A stretch of DNA of 64,000 nt from Patescibacteria group bacterium. GTDB taxonomy: Bacteria > Patescibacteriota > Patescibacteriia > Magasanikbacterales > GWA2-37-8. Made by a program: the position numbers and the translations under genes. Of the stretch, positions 57,009-64,000 are shown piece by piece. The notes under the pieces are model-generated. The model searched no databases. It saw nothing but the letters and a program-made list of their open reading frames with translations, and was not told the origin of the DNA. Numbering within the stretch: position 1 is the first letter of the stretch; every line of letters starts with the position of its first letter. Location of the stretch: contig JBAZUP010000001.1 in assembly GCA_041661385.1 (NCBI GenBank), positions 209,692 through 273,691 on the forward strand, written 5' to 3'.

Positions 57009-57369
57009 GTCGTTCATTAACTTTTGTTACAATATCTTCGAGTGACCAATCCGACTTAACCAAATAATCATACACTCCTCTATCTAACGCGTCCGCAACC
57101 TTATCTGCAATATTTAAATTTGTTAATAACACAACCGGAACGTCTTTACCCCATTCATTTCCGCGTAATTTCTTTAATACAGTCATACCATCCATAATCG
57201 GCATAACAATATCCAGCAAGATTAAATCCGGATGATCAGTAAGTGCCATTTCAAGAGCAACTGCGCCGTCGCCCGCAGTACTAACTTCATACCCCTCCTT
57301 TGAAAACCTCTCTTTAAGAACTTTTAATAAAGTTCTTTCATCCTCTACGATTAGCAGTTTCTTCTTCAT
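57001..57369 (-). CDS. Single-domain response regulator
   Basis: IVEDE, LLDIVMP.MDG, LTN, YLVK. Confidence 0.92.
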   Translation of the reverse strand: MKKKLLIVEDERTLLKVLKERFSKEGYEVSTAGDGAVALEMALTDHPDLILLDIVMPIMDGMTVLKKLRGNEWGKDVPVVLLTNLNIADKVADALDRGVYDYLVKSDWSLEDIVTKVNERLS

Positions 57370-57419
57370 ATAGTTTGAATAAATCATGTCGCGCGTTATA
57401 ATTAGGGCGACTTAAATAA

Positions 57420-59297
57420 TTATTTTTTTTCTTTCATACCGGAAAGCGGAACTTCAAATACAAACTCTGTTCCGTATCCTTCTTTTGATTTAAAGGAAAT
57501 CTTCCCTCCAACAAAATCCACTACAGATTTCACAATGTATAACCCCAAACCGGTTCCGTCGGCTTGAATTTTTCCAGCATTATTCGCCCTAAAAAATTTA
57601 TTATATATATTTTTTTGATCTGCAATCGGAATACCAATTCCATTGTCGATAACCGAAACGATAATATTATCCTGATTTGATTTCATTTCAATTTTTACCA
57701 CACCTTTTTCTAAGGAATATTTAATTGCGTTTGAAATTAGATTTTGAAAAATCATCCTGATCAAACTTTCATCTATCATAACAACTAATTTTTTCATCAA
57801 ACAAACATATTCAATTTTTACTTTTTTTCCGATTGCATCGGGTTTCAGCTCTTTAACTACATCATTTAAAATAACGCACAAATCGGCAGATACAACATGG
57901 ATCGGTAAAGTACCTAATTCCAATCGTGAAACACTTAATAAATTATTTACTAAAGTTATCATCCTTTTATTACCATCAAAAATCTCTTTTATAAATTCAG
58001 TTTGTTTTTTATTTATTTTTCCGGCTTTGCCGCTTAGTAATAATTCTGAATACCACCTAATCGCTGTGAGCGGCGTTCGAAGCTGGTGCGAAGCCAATGA
58101 CGTAAATTCCGTTTTCGCGCGATCGACGGCAACTTCTTTAGAAACATCTCTTTCTAACCCGATAAAAAAAATCGGTTTATTATTTTTATCAAGAATTGGA
58201 GAGATACTTACCGCCGCATCATAAATTTCACCATTCTTTCGATGATTTTTTACTAACCCTTTGAATGGTTTGCCTTCGACCTTAATAACCTTCCAAAGAT
58301 TTTCATAATATTTTTTATCCATTAAACCACCCCAAAGTTGCCCGGCTTTTTTTCTGAACATTTCTCCGGTCGAATAACCGGTAATTTCTTCCGCAGCTTT
58401 ATTAGCATACATTATAAAACCCTCACTATCCGTGATAATGATATGATCAGACGCCCCTTCAATTGCTAATCGAAATTTTTCGTTTTCAGACAACAGCTTT
58501 TCAATTTGTTTTTTTTCTTCTTCTACTTTTTCTTTACCCCCTTCTACTTCTATAATCTTTATTTCTAATTCACGCGTTTTTTCTTTAACTTTTTTTTCCA
58601 AGGAACCGGTAAATTCGCGCTGTCTTATTAGTAATTTATTAAAAACATCCGCAATTTCCCCGAATTCGTCCGAGCCTTTCATTGGCAAGTGTTGTGACAA
58701 ATCACCTCCAGCTGCCTTCGGTAAAATTTTCGAAATAATATTTAAAGGCGTAACTACCCGTCGTTTTATAATTATCATCAGAAATATTAAAGCAACCACT
58801 TCGAGTATAAACAACACAAGTTGAACAGCTTCAGAAACGACAACTTTATTTCGAGCCGCCTCCTCGGCTGCTCGTACCGACCGATCAGTAAGGATAAAAA
58901 AATCTTCACTTTGACGCAACAAATCGGAAAATGCATCAGGCTGATTTTTTGACAGTTCAATAGTCTTTTTTATTTTTTCCCAATCCGTCGAAACATCATT
59001 CATGAGCAGCTGAAATTGGTCATTATTTAACTTCTTTAAACCAAGCGATTCATCGCCGTTTTTAAGACCGATAATAATTTTATCAAGCTGAAGCTCATAA
59101 GATTCTGCTTCACTATAATGACCGGCATAATCAAGCTTGAAAACCCGTTGCGCGAGACCTCTTACCAAGCCTGAATAATTAATAATTTTTGCATCGCTTT
59201 CTGAATTATGAATAAAAAAATACAGCACTCCAAACTCAAGAAGCGTCATTATAATAATGAATAATCCAAAGCGCTTTAACAAACTTGCGACTTTCAT
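57420..59297 (-). CDS. Sensor histidine kinase (NarX/PilJ-like sensor, HAMP, PAS, HisKA, HATPase)
   Basis: IINYSGLVR, DEFGEIADVFN, PAS YANKAAEEITGY, SHQLRTPL, NLISNAIKY, GTGLGL. Confidence 0.9.
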   Translation of the reverse strand: MKVASLLKRFGLFIIIMTLLEFGVLYFFIHNSESDAKIINYSGLVRGLAQRVFKLDYAGHYSEAESYELQLDKIIIGLKNGDESLGLKKLNNDQFQLLMNDVSTDWEKIKKTIELSKNQPDAFSDLLRQSEDFFILTDRSVRAAEEAARNKVVVSEAVQLVLFILEVVALIFLMIIIKRRVVTPLNIISKILPKAAGGDLSQHLPMKGSDEFGEIADVFNKLLIRQREFTGSLEKKVKEKTRELEIKIIEVEGGKEKVEEEKKQIEKLLSENEKFRLAIEGASDHIIITDSEGFIMYANKAAEEITGYSTGEMFRKKAGQLWGGLMDKKYYENLWKVIKVEGKPFKGLVKNHRKNGEIYDAAVSISPILDKNNKPIFFIGLERDVSKEVAVDRAKTEFTSLASHQLRTPLTAIRWYSELLLSGKAGKINKKQTEFIKEIFDGNKRMITLVNNLLSVSRLELGTLPIHVVSADLCVILNDVVKELKPDAIGKKVKIEYVCLMKKLVVMIDESLIRMIFQNLISNAIKYSLEKGVVKIEMKSNQDNIIVSVIDNGIGIPIADQKNIYNKFFRANNAGKIQADGTGLGLYIVKSVVDFVGGKISFKSKEGYGTEFVFEVPLSGMKEKK

Positions 59298-59380
59298 TAG
59301 ATTTGACTCTAATCTATTAGTTTCATTTATTATACCATGTCTAACAAATGAAAAACCAACCCGCCTAATATAAACCAATT

Positions 59381-60502
59381 TTATACAAAATATTCAAGTT
59401 TTTTTGCAAGCCATTCACGCAAATGTTGCAACCAATGCCGACGACGAAAAGCATCAATATTCAACGGCTCCGCCTGGGCCTTTAACTCATCAAACATGCC
59501 GTTCAATTCCGAAACCATTTTTTCATCAGTAAAGGAAACAGCGCTTTCTTCCTGATACGAAAATGAACGCGGCATCAGATTTATACTTCCGACCAGCCCG
59601 AGCTGACCATCTACCGTCAAAGCTTTACCATGATTCATTTTAGGCAAAAGATAAATATTAGCTCCCGCCCGAATTGTCAGATCAAAATAGGTCCGCGACA
59701 AAAGTTCCATAAGTTGAACATCCGCGTGATGAGGTAAAAAAATATTTACTTGAACTCCCCGAGCCGTTGCAATAGCGATGCCGCGCAAAAAATTTCCATC
59801 TGGAATATAATATGGCGATAATAAATTCACCCTTTCTTTTGCAATTGTTAAGGCCTTCAAATAGAAAAGTTTGGTCCGCGGCAACTTTGCCTTGGACGGC
59901 GAATGCACAATAAATTTTAGTTTTGCTGACAAATCTGGAATTACTTGTTCCAATATTCCCTGTCCTAAATACGGATACAATAACCGTCTTACATCCTTAC
60001 TTTGACCGCCGGACGAAATATAGCTTCTGGCGAACCCTTTCATGAGCGGCCAAGCAATTTTTCCGGTTAATTTAATAAAAATATCATCCCAATCTTTAAA
60101 ATCGGCTTTAATATTTACTCCGCCTAAAAAAACTATTTTTTTATCGACAATTAAAACCTTTCGATGGTTCCGGTGCATCAAACGAGAAACAAAATTCCAA
60201 AATTTAAGCTGAGGGTGATAACGACTATATCTTAAAACTACTACACCTGATGATGTTAAAAATTTTTCAGCCTTAGAAGAAAGTTTTGAACTTCCAAGAG
60301 CGTCTACTATCAATTTTACCTCAAGTCCAGCTTTAGCTTTTTCTGCAAGCAAATTTACAAACCGATTTCCCGCTTCATCATCAACAAAAATATATACTTC
60401 CCAAAAAATTGATTTTTGAGCTGTGAGTAGTGACTGGTACATTGCTTCCCAGGCGTCAGCGGTGGTTTTATAAAATTGGTACGAAAAATTATTTTCTTCC
60501 AT
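59381..60502 (-). CDS. Cardiolipin synthase / phospholipase D family (ClsB-like)
   Basis: Two HKD motifs, HRKVLIVD and HGKALTVD. Confidence 0.88.
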   Translation of the reverse strand: MEENNFSYQFYKTTADAWEAMYQSLLTAQKSIFWEVYIFVDDEAGNRFVNLLAEKAKAGLEVKLIVDALGSSKLSSKAEKFLTSSGVVVLRYSRYHPQLKFWNFVSRLMHRNHRKVLIVDKKIVFLGGVNIKADFKDWDDIFIKLTGKIAWPLMKGFARSYISSGGQSKDVRRLLYPYLGQGILEQVIPDLSAKLKFIVHSPSKAKLPRTKLFYLKALTIAKERVNLLSPYYIPDGNFLRGIAIATARGVQVNIFLPHHADVQLMELLSRTYFDLTIRAGANIYLLPKMNHGKALTVDGQLGLVGSINLMPRSFSYQEESAVSFTDEKMVSELNGMFDELKAQAEPLNIDAFRRRHWLQHLREWLAKKLEYFV

Positions 60503-60547
60503 AATAATCTAGTATGCCACCTTTACAATAAGCAGTCAAAAAACATA

Positions 60548-60590
60548 AGACCCCCGCCCCGACGTACTGTCGGGACGAGGGTCTAAAAAA
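60548..60590. terminator. GC-rich hairpin/terminator
   Basis: AGACCCCCGCCCCGAC-gtact-GTCGGGACGAGGGTCT after the orphan gene. Confidence 0.6.
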
Positions 60591-60609
60591 AGAACTAACT
60601 TCTGTCGGC

Positions 60610-60834
60610 TTAGCCGACCTGCTGGAGAGACGACTTTTCCTCCTGTTCGTGTATGAACTCGAGCACGAGCTCATGGATGTTGCGCTTCACGAAATGCGCG
60701 AAGGCCTGCGAGTCCGCGAGAATCTTCTCCACCTGCTCCTTCGGGAGCTGATCCTCGTTGAAGGCATGACGCGCGCCCTCATACACGAGATGGGGAACCA
60801 TGTTGCGCTTGAATTCGTCGGAACCATTCTTCAT
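60610..60834 (-). CDS. Small hypothetical protein (74 aa)
   Basis: AAGGAG SD before ATG at 60834; GC-richer than neighbours; followed by a hairpin. Confidence 0.55.
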   Translation of the reverse strand: MKNGSDEFKRNMVPHLVYEGARHAFNEDQLPKEQVEKILADSQAFAHFVKRNIHELVLEFIHEQEEKSSLQQVG

Positions 60835-60921
60835 GACTACTCCTTGTTGTGAGACTTTCCGCCTCTTTTTGCCGATCTGGCAGGCCTGTTCCAACCGCTG
60901 AAATAGGCCATACAGATTATA

Positions 60922-60955
60922 AAAAGAAAAATCACCCGTTTTTTTCGGGTGATTA
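60922..60955 (-). terminator. Intrinsic terminator (possible attenuator)
   Basis: AATCACCCG-aaaaaaa-CGGGTGATT followed by TTTCTTTTT on the minus strand. Confidence 0.75.
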
Positions 60956-61059
60956 GAGTGTGAAGTTATTTCTTACTAGGCACAATCATAATCACCCTTC
61001 TTCAACAAAGAAAGGCTAATAATGCTAAGTAATGATTGCTTGTTTTGCATATTAATGTC

Positions 61060-61088
61060 ATTATATATAATAACTATTAAGTCGTCAA
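61060..61088 (-). promoter_or_regulatory. sigma70 promoter, divergent from the SdpI-like gene
   Basis: TTGACG (61088-61083)-17-TATAAT (61065-61060). Confidence 0.65.
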
Positions 61089-61092
61089 ATTT

Positions 61093-61758
61093 ATGAAATA
61101 CACCATTAAAACTGAGGCGCCAGCTTTAATATCAATTTTTATAACCTGGATTTTGGGCGTATACTTTTATGCGCAATTTCCTGAAAAGGTAATTACGCAC
61201 TGGAATTTTAACGGCGTTGCTGATGGTTACTCCGGAAAAACGCTTGGAGCGTTTCTCATGCCAATTATTTCAACATTTTTTTATGTTCTCTTTTTAGCTC
61301 TTCCAAGTCTTGACCCAAAAAAAGAAAATTACCTTAAATTTGAAAACTTATACCATTGGTTAAAAAATATTTTTATTATTTTCATGCTATTAATTTCTAC
61401 TGTTGTCGGAGCCGTTAATCTTGGCATAAACATCCCGATAAACCTGATAGTACCAAGCCTGGTCGGACTAATGTTTATTGCACTTGGTAGTATAATTGGA
61501 AAAATTAAACAAAACTGGTTTATTGGCTTTCGATTTCCTTGGACACTAACTTCCGAAAGTGTTTGGAATAAAACCAACCGCTTTGGCGGCTGGTCAATGA
61601 TTTTCTGCGGCGGTCTAATGCTTCTTACGCCGTTATTACCGAACGCAACGGGAATGGCAATTTTTTATATCGCAATTTTACAGATGGTATTTGGAACAAT
61701 GATCTATTCATACCTCGTATATCGCAAAGAACAAAAATCCGGCCAAAATAAAATTTAA
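61093..61758 (+). CDS. SdpI/DUF1648 family membrane protein
   Basis: P....THWNFNGVADG, NWFIGFRFPWTL.S..VW.KTNR.GG. Confidence 0.88.
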   Translation: MKYTIKTEAPALISIFITWILGVYFYAQFPEKVITHWNFNGVADGYSGKTLGAFLMPIISTFFYVLFLALPSLDPKKENYLKFENLYHWLKNIFIIFMLLISTVVGAVNLGINIPINLIVPSLVGLMFIALGSIIGKIKQNWFIGFRFPWTLTSESVWNKTNRFGGWSMIFCGGLMLLTPLLPNATGMAIFYIAILQMVFGTMIYSYLVYRKEQKSGQNKI

Positions 61759-62870
61759 GGCTGAAATAATGTTTCCGGAAAAAACTTAACTTCTTTAATT
61801 CCCGGAAACTGTTTAACAGTTGCTTCTATTTGCATCCAAAGTACGCCGACCCGGCATGATCCGCCCGAGGTTTTGTTGTTTAGGTCGGAAAAATTTAGAG
61901 TCGCAATACCGTCGTTCACAAAAAGCGAATTCAATTTAACCCCCTTGATCGGGAACTCACTCGAAACGCCCTGCGCTTTCTCCGCCGGGTAAATATTCCC
62001 TGCGAGTAACAAATTTACGGTATCTGAAATTATTTTATCTGAATTTGGCACAAACCGCTTTACCGATACGAGTCCCTTTTCGCTGCACAAAATATTACCA
62101 GTCCCGTCTTTATCTAAACCGGCATTATAATAATATAAATTAACTTCACGGCTTAATTTTGACGGCAACAAGGTAACCGGAATTTTAATTTCTCGATCAT
62201 TCTGAGGCAAACCGGAAGGGTTGTCAGCTGCGAGTACCAGTTCCGCCGGTGTTTTTGTCGCAACATCAAAATTTATAGTCGCAGAAAACGGTACAAAATC
62301 CGTCGTCATCCAATCACTGCCGGCCTGCGCAATCGTGGTTGTTATAACCGTTCCTTTTAAATCAATCAAACGTATAGGGAAACTAGCTTCAAAAAACCAT
62401 TGACCGCGTGCTCGACCAGTAATAGTTGTCGGACTTTCCAAAATATCTCCGGAAGTAATTTTGTCGACACTAATCAAATCTGCCGAGGTTTCCGCGGTAA
62501 GCTCGGTAATAGTTAAAACTTCGTTTTCCTTTTCACCTGAAACTCTAACTCTTGTACCGTTTGGAAAATCAATTTTATTACAATCAACTCTAGTACTGCC
62601 TACCGAACATTCACTCGTGTCAACGAACTTCAATTCAATCCGGCTAGCGGGCTTATCAGGCATATCTACTGTCAGATACCAAATGTCTCTAACCAAACCC
62701 GTGCTGTTGCGTATAAGCGTACCAGCGATTTGAAAATTCTTATTTATTCCATCTGGGGTCGAAGAAACAACCGGCGGACGCGTTGTTTGCAACAAGTTCC
62801 ATTTCCAACCATAATATCCAAACACTGAAACCAAAACTACCCCGATTGCCAAAATTAAGTATTTTTTCAT
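61755..62870 (-). CDS. Gmad2 Ig-like plus GerMN domain surface protein
   Basis: N-terminal TM; GRARGQWFFEASFP, DNPSG, GGSCRV....QIEATVKQF. Confidence 0.8.
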   Translation of the reverse strand: MKKYLILAIGVVLVSVFGYYGWKWNLLQTTRPPVVSSTPDGINKNFQIAGTLIRNSTGLVRDIWYLTVDMPDKPASRIELKFVDTSECSVGSTRVDCNKIDFPNGTRVRVSGEKENEVLTITELTAETSADLISVDKITSGDILESPTTITGRARGQWFFEASFPIRLIDLKGTVITTTIAQAGSDWMTTDFVPFSATINFDVATKTPAELVLAADNPSGLPQNDREIKIPVTLLPSKLSREVNLYYYNAGLDKDGTGNILCSEKGLVSVKRFVPNSDKIISDTVNLLLAGNIYPAEKAQGVSSEFPIKGVKLNSLFVNDGIATLNFSDLNNKTSGGSCRVGVLWMQIEATVKQFPGIKEVKFFPETLFQP

Positions 62871-63031
62871 AAAAAACTTTTTTGCTCTATATGTATAATA
62901 ATGTTAAAACGCTTGAAAAGCAAGAAGAAATACACCTCTAATGGTGACAGTTAAGTTCTTATACAAATAATAATGCCAATAAGTAACAAAAAACGACCCA
63001 TGTGGGTCGTTTATTATATCGTAATAAGATT

Positions 63032-63289
63032 TTAAGAATTTACTTTTTCCAAAAATTTATTTTCGGCATGAAGCGCAATCATATCATCATAACCGCCAAT
63101 AAATTCATCTCCAACAAAAATCATCGGCACCGTCTGCCATTGATATTTTTCCACCATTTCATTTCGAAGTTTTTCATCACCAGCCAAATCAACTTCTTTA
63201 TATTGAACTTTTAGCTCATCAAACAAGGATTTGGCACGGCGACAGTATGGGCAAACCGGAGTAGAATAGATTGTTACTTGTTTACTCAT
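63032..63289 (-). CDS. Glutaredoxin (Grx3-like)
   Basis: CPYC, TVP, IGGYDD. Confidence 0.92.
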   Translation of the reverse strand: MSKQVTIYSTPVCPYCRRAKSLFDELKVQYKEVDLAGDEKLRNEMVEKYQWQTVPMIFVGDEFIGGYDDMIALHAENKFLEKVNS

Positions 63290-63290
63290 A

Positions 63291-63641
63291 TTAGGTTTTT
63301 TTAAATTTAACGCTAAACTCAGGTTCGTATTTATTACTATATTCGTCTACCACCTCTACTGTCTCGCCTTTCATGAGTTTCGTCAAGGCGGCATCAGAAA
63401 GCATCGTGTTATCAGACTCAAGATCTACTTTAAAATCTTCTAATTTTGTAAACTCACCGGAAAAATCATTTTTTACCGATATTTCGATTTGTTTTTTTCG
63501 CTCCCGCAAAACTTTAATCTTTTCTTCTACATCTTTATACTCGCCAGATGCAGAAAGGGCATCTTTGTACGCTCCTCGAATATCTTTTGATTTCTTTTTA
63601 ATTTCCTGAATACGATTGAATATTTCCTGGATATCCTGCAT
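63291..63641 (-). CDS. Hypothetical coiled-coil protein
   Basis: 116-aa charged helical ORF ending 1 bp before the glutaredoxin start. Confidence 0.7.
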   Translation of the reverse strand: MQDIQEIFNRIQEIKKKSKDIRGAYKDALSASGEYKDVEEKIKVLRERKKQIEISVKNDFSGEFTKLEDFKVDLESDNTMLSDAALTKLMKGETVEVVDEYSNKYEPEFSVKFKKT

Positions 63642-63707
63642 AAAAATTAGACGAAATTTAATTTAAGTTTGCATATTATACACTTAAATATATTTTGAAG
63701 CAAGACT

Positions 63708-63735
63708 AAAAAACCACACTGTTCGTGTGGTTTTT
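63708..63735 (-). terminator. Terminator after the helicase gene
   Basis: AAAAAACCACAC-tgttc-GTGTGGTTTTT. Confidence 0.75.
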
Positions 63736-63740
63736 GAAGT

Positions 63741-64000
63741 TTATCGGAATCTTTTTTGAAACCCTCTGTTGCGGCCGCCTTGAAAACGATTGTTTCCGTT
63801 GTTTAGATTGTGATAATTGCCCGGTGGCAAAGAACGGCGTGGTGGAAGCACGGGAAGAATCATAATTGGAATAGTTTTGCGTATTAAACGTTCAATGCTT
63901 TTTATTTCACCGCGTTCACTTGGCGTTGCAAAAGAAATCGCCTTGCCAGACTTTCCGGCGCGGGCAGTTCGACCGATACGGTGAACATAATCTTCTGAAT
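63741..64000 (-). CDS. DEAD-box RNA helicase, 3' part
   Basis: Manual translation [23 protein letters not shown]... (motif VI), R/G/N-rich tail, stop at 63741. Confidence 0.9.
   Translation of the reverse strand, partial: SEDYVHRIGRTARAGKSGKAISFATPSERGEIKSIERLIRKTIPIMILPVLPPRRSLPPGNYHNLNNGNNRFQGGRNRGFQKRFR

Noticed and set aside
60649-60852. 67-aa + strand ORF
   Set aside because: The minus-strand ORF has the SD and downstream hairpin; this is its shadow

Overview
AT-rich, gene-dense bacterial chromosome segment, mostly on the minus strand. Gene content and style (short HrcA, short YidC, PilT, PEGA, Gmad2/GerMN and DUF5667-type surface proteins, tRNAs without encoded CCA) suggest a Patescibacteria/CPR (Parcubacteria-like) organism; this is an inference. 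Contents in order: MacAB-type efflux unit with an AbrB-type regulator, CCA-adding enzyme, pilT, two tRNA-Pro, a ~18 kb cell-surface glycan cluster (rmlA, GT2/GT4 enzymes, a GT4-RmlD fusion, PGI/PMI, priming transferase), pyrG-rplI-era, S41 protease, murA, RNase HI, a heat-shock operon (hrcA-grpE-dnaK-Zn-finger ORF-dnaJ-ECF sigma-putative anti-sigma), an accessory stretch (40.7-52.4 kb) ending at tRNA-Ser, then lgt, tandem LOG, gatA/gatC, tsaE, a two-component pair, cardiolipin synthase, glutaredoxin and a partial DEAD-box helicase. No CRISPR array, integrase, transposase or rRNA was seen. Best candidates for new biology: (1) a self-contained two-gene operon pairing a CntK-like amino-acid racemase with a fusion of an unassigned (possibly BshC-like) domain and an ATP-grasp ligase; (2) a ~210-nt GC-rich structured hrcA leader behind a variant CIRCE that would sequester the ribosome-binding site; (3) a cytochrome-b5-like module inserted inside an Ig domain of a secreted protein; (4) an attenuator-like leader with a Leu/Ile/Ser-rich peptide ahead of an orphan gene. 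All calls come from reading motifs by eye; no searches or folding programs were run.
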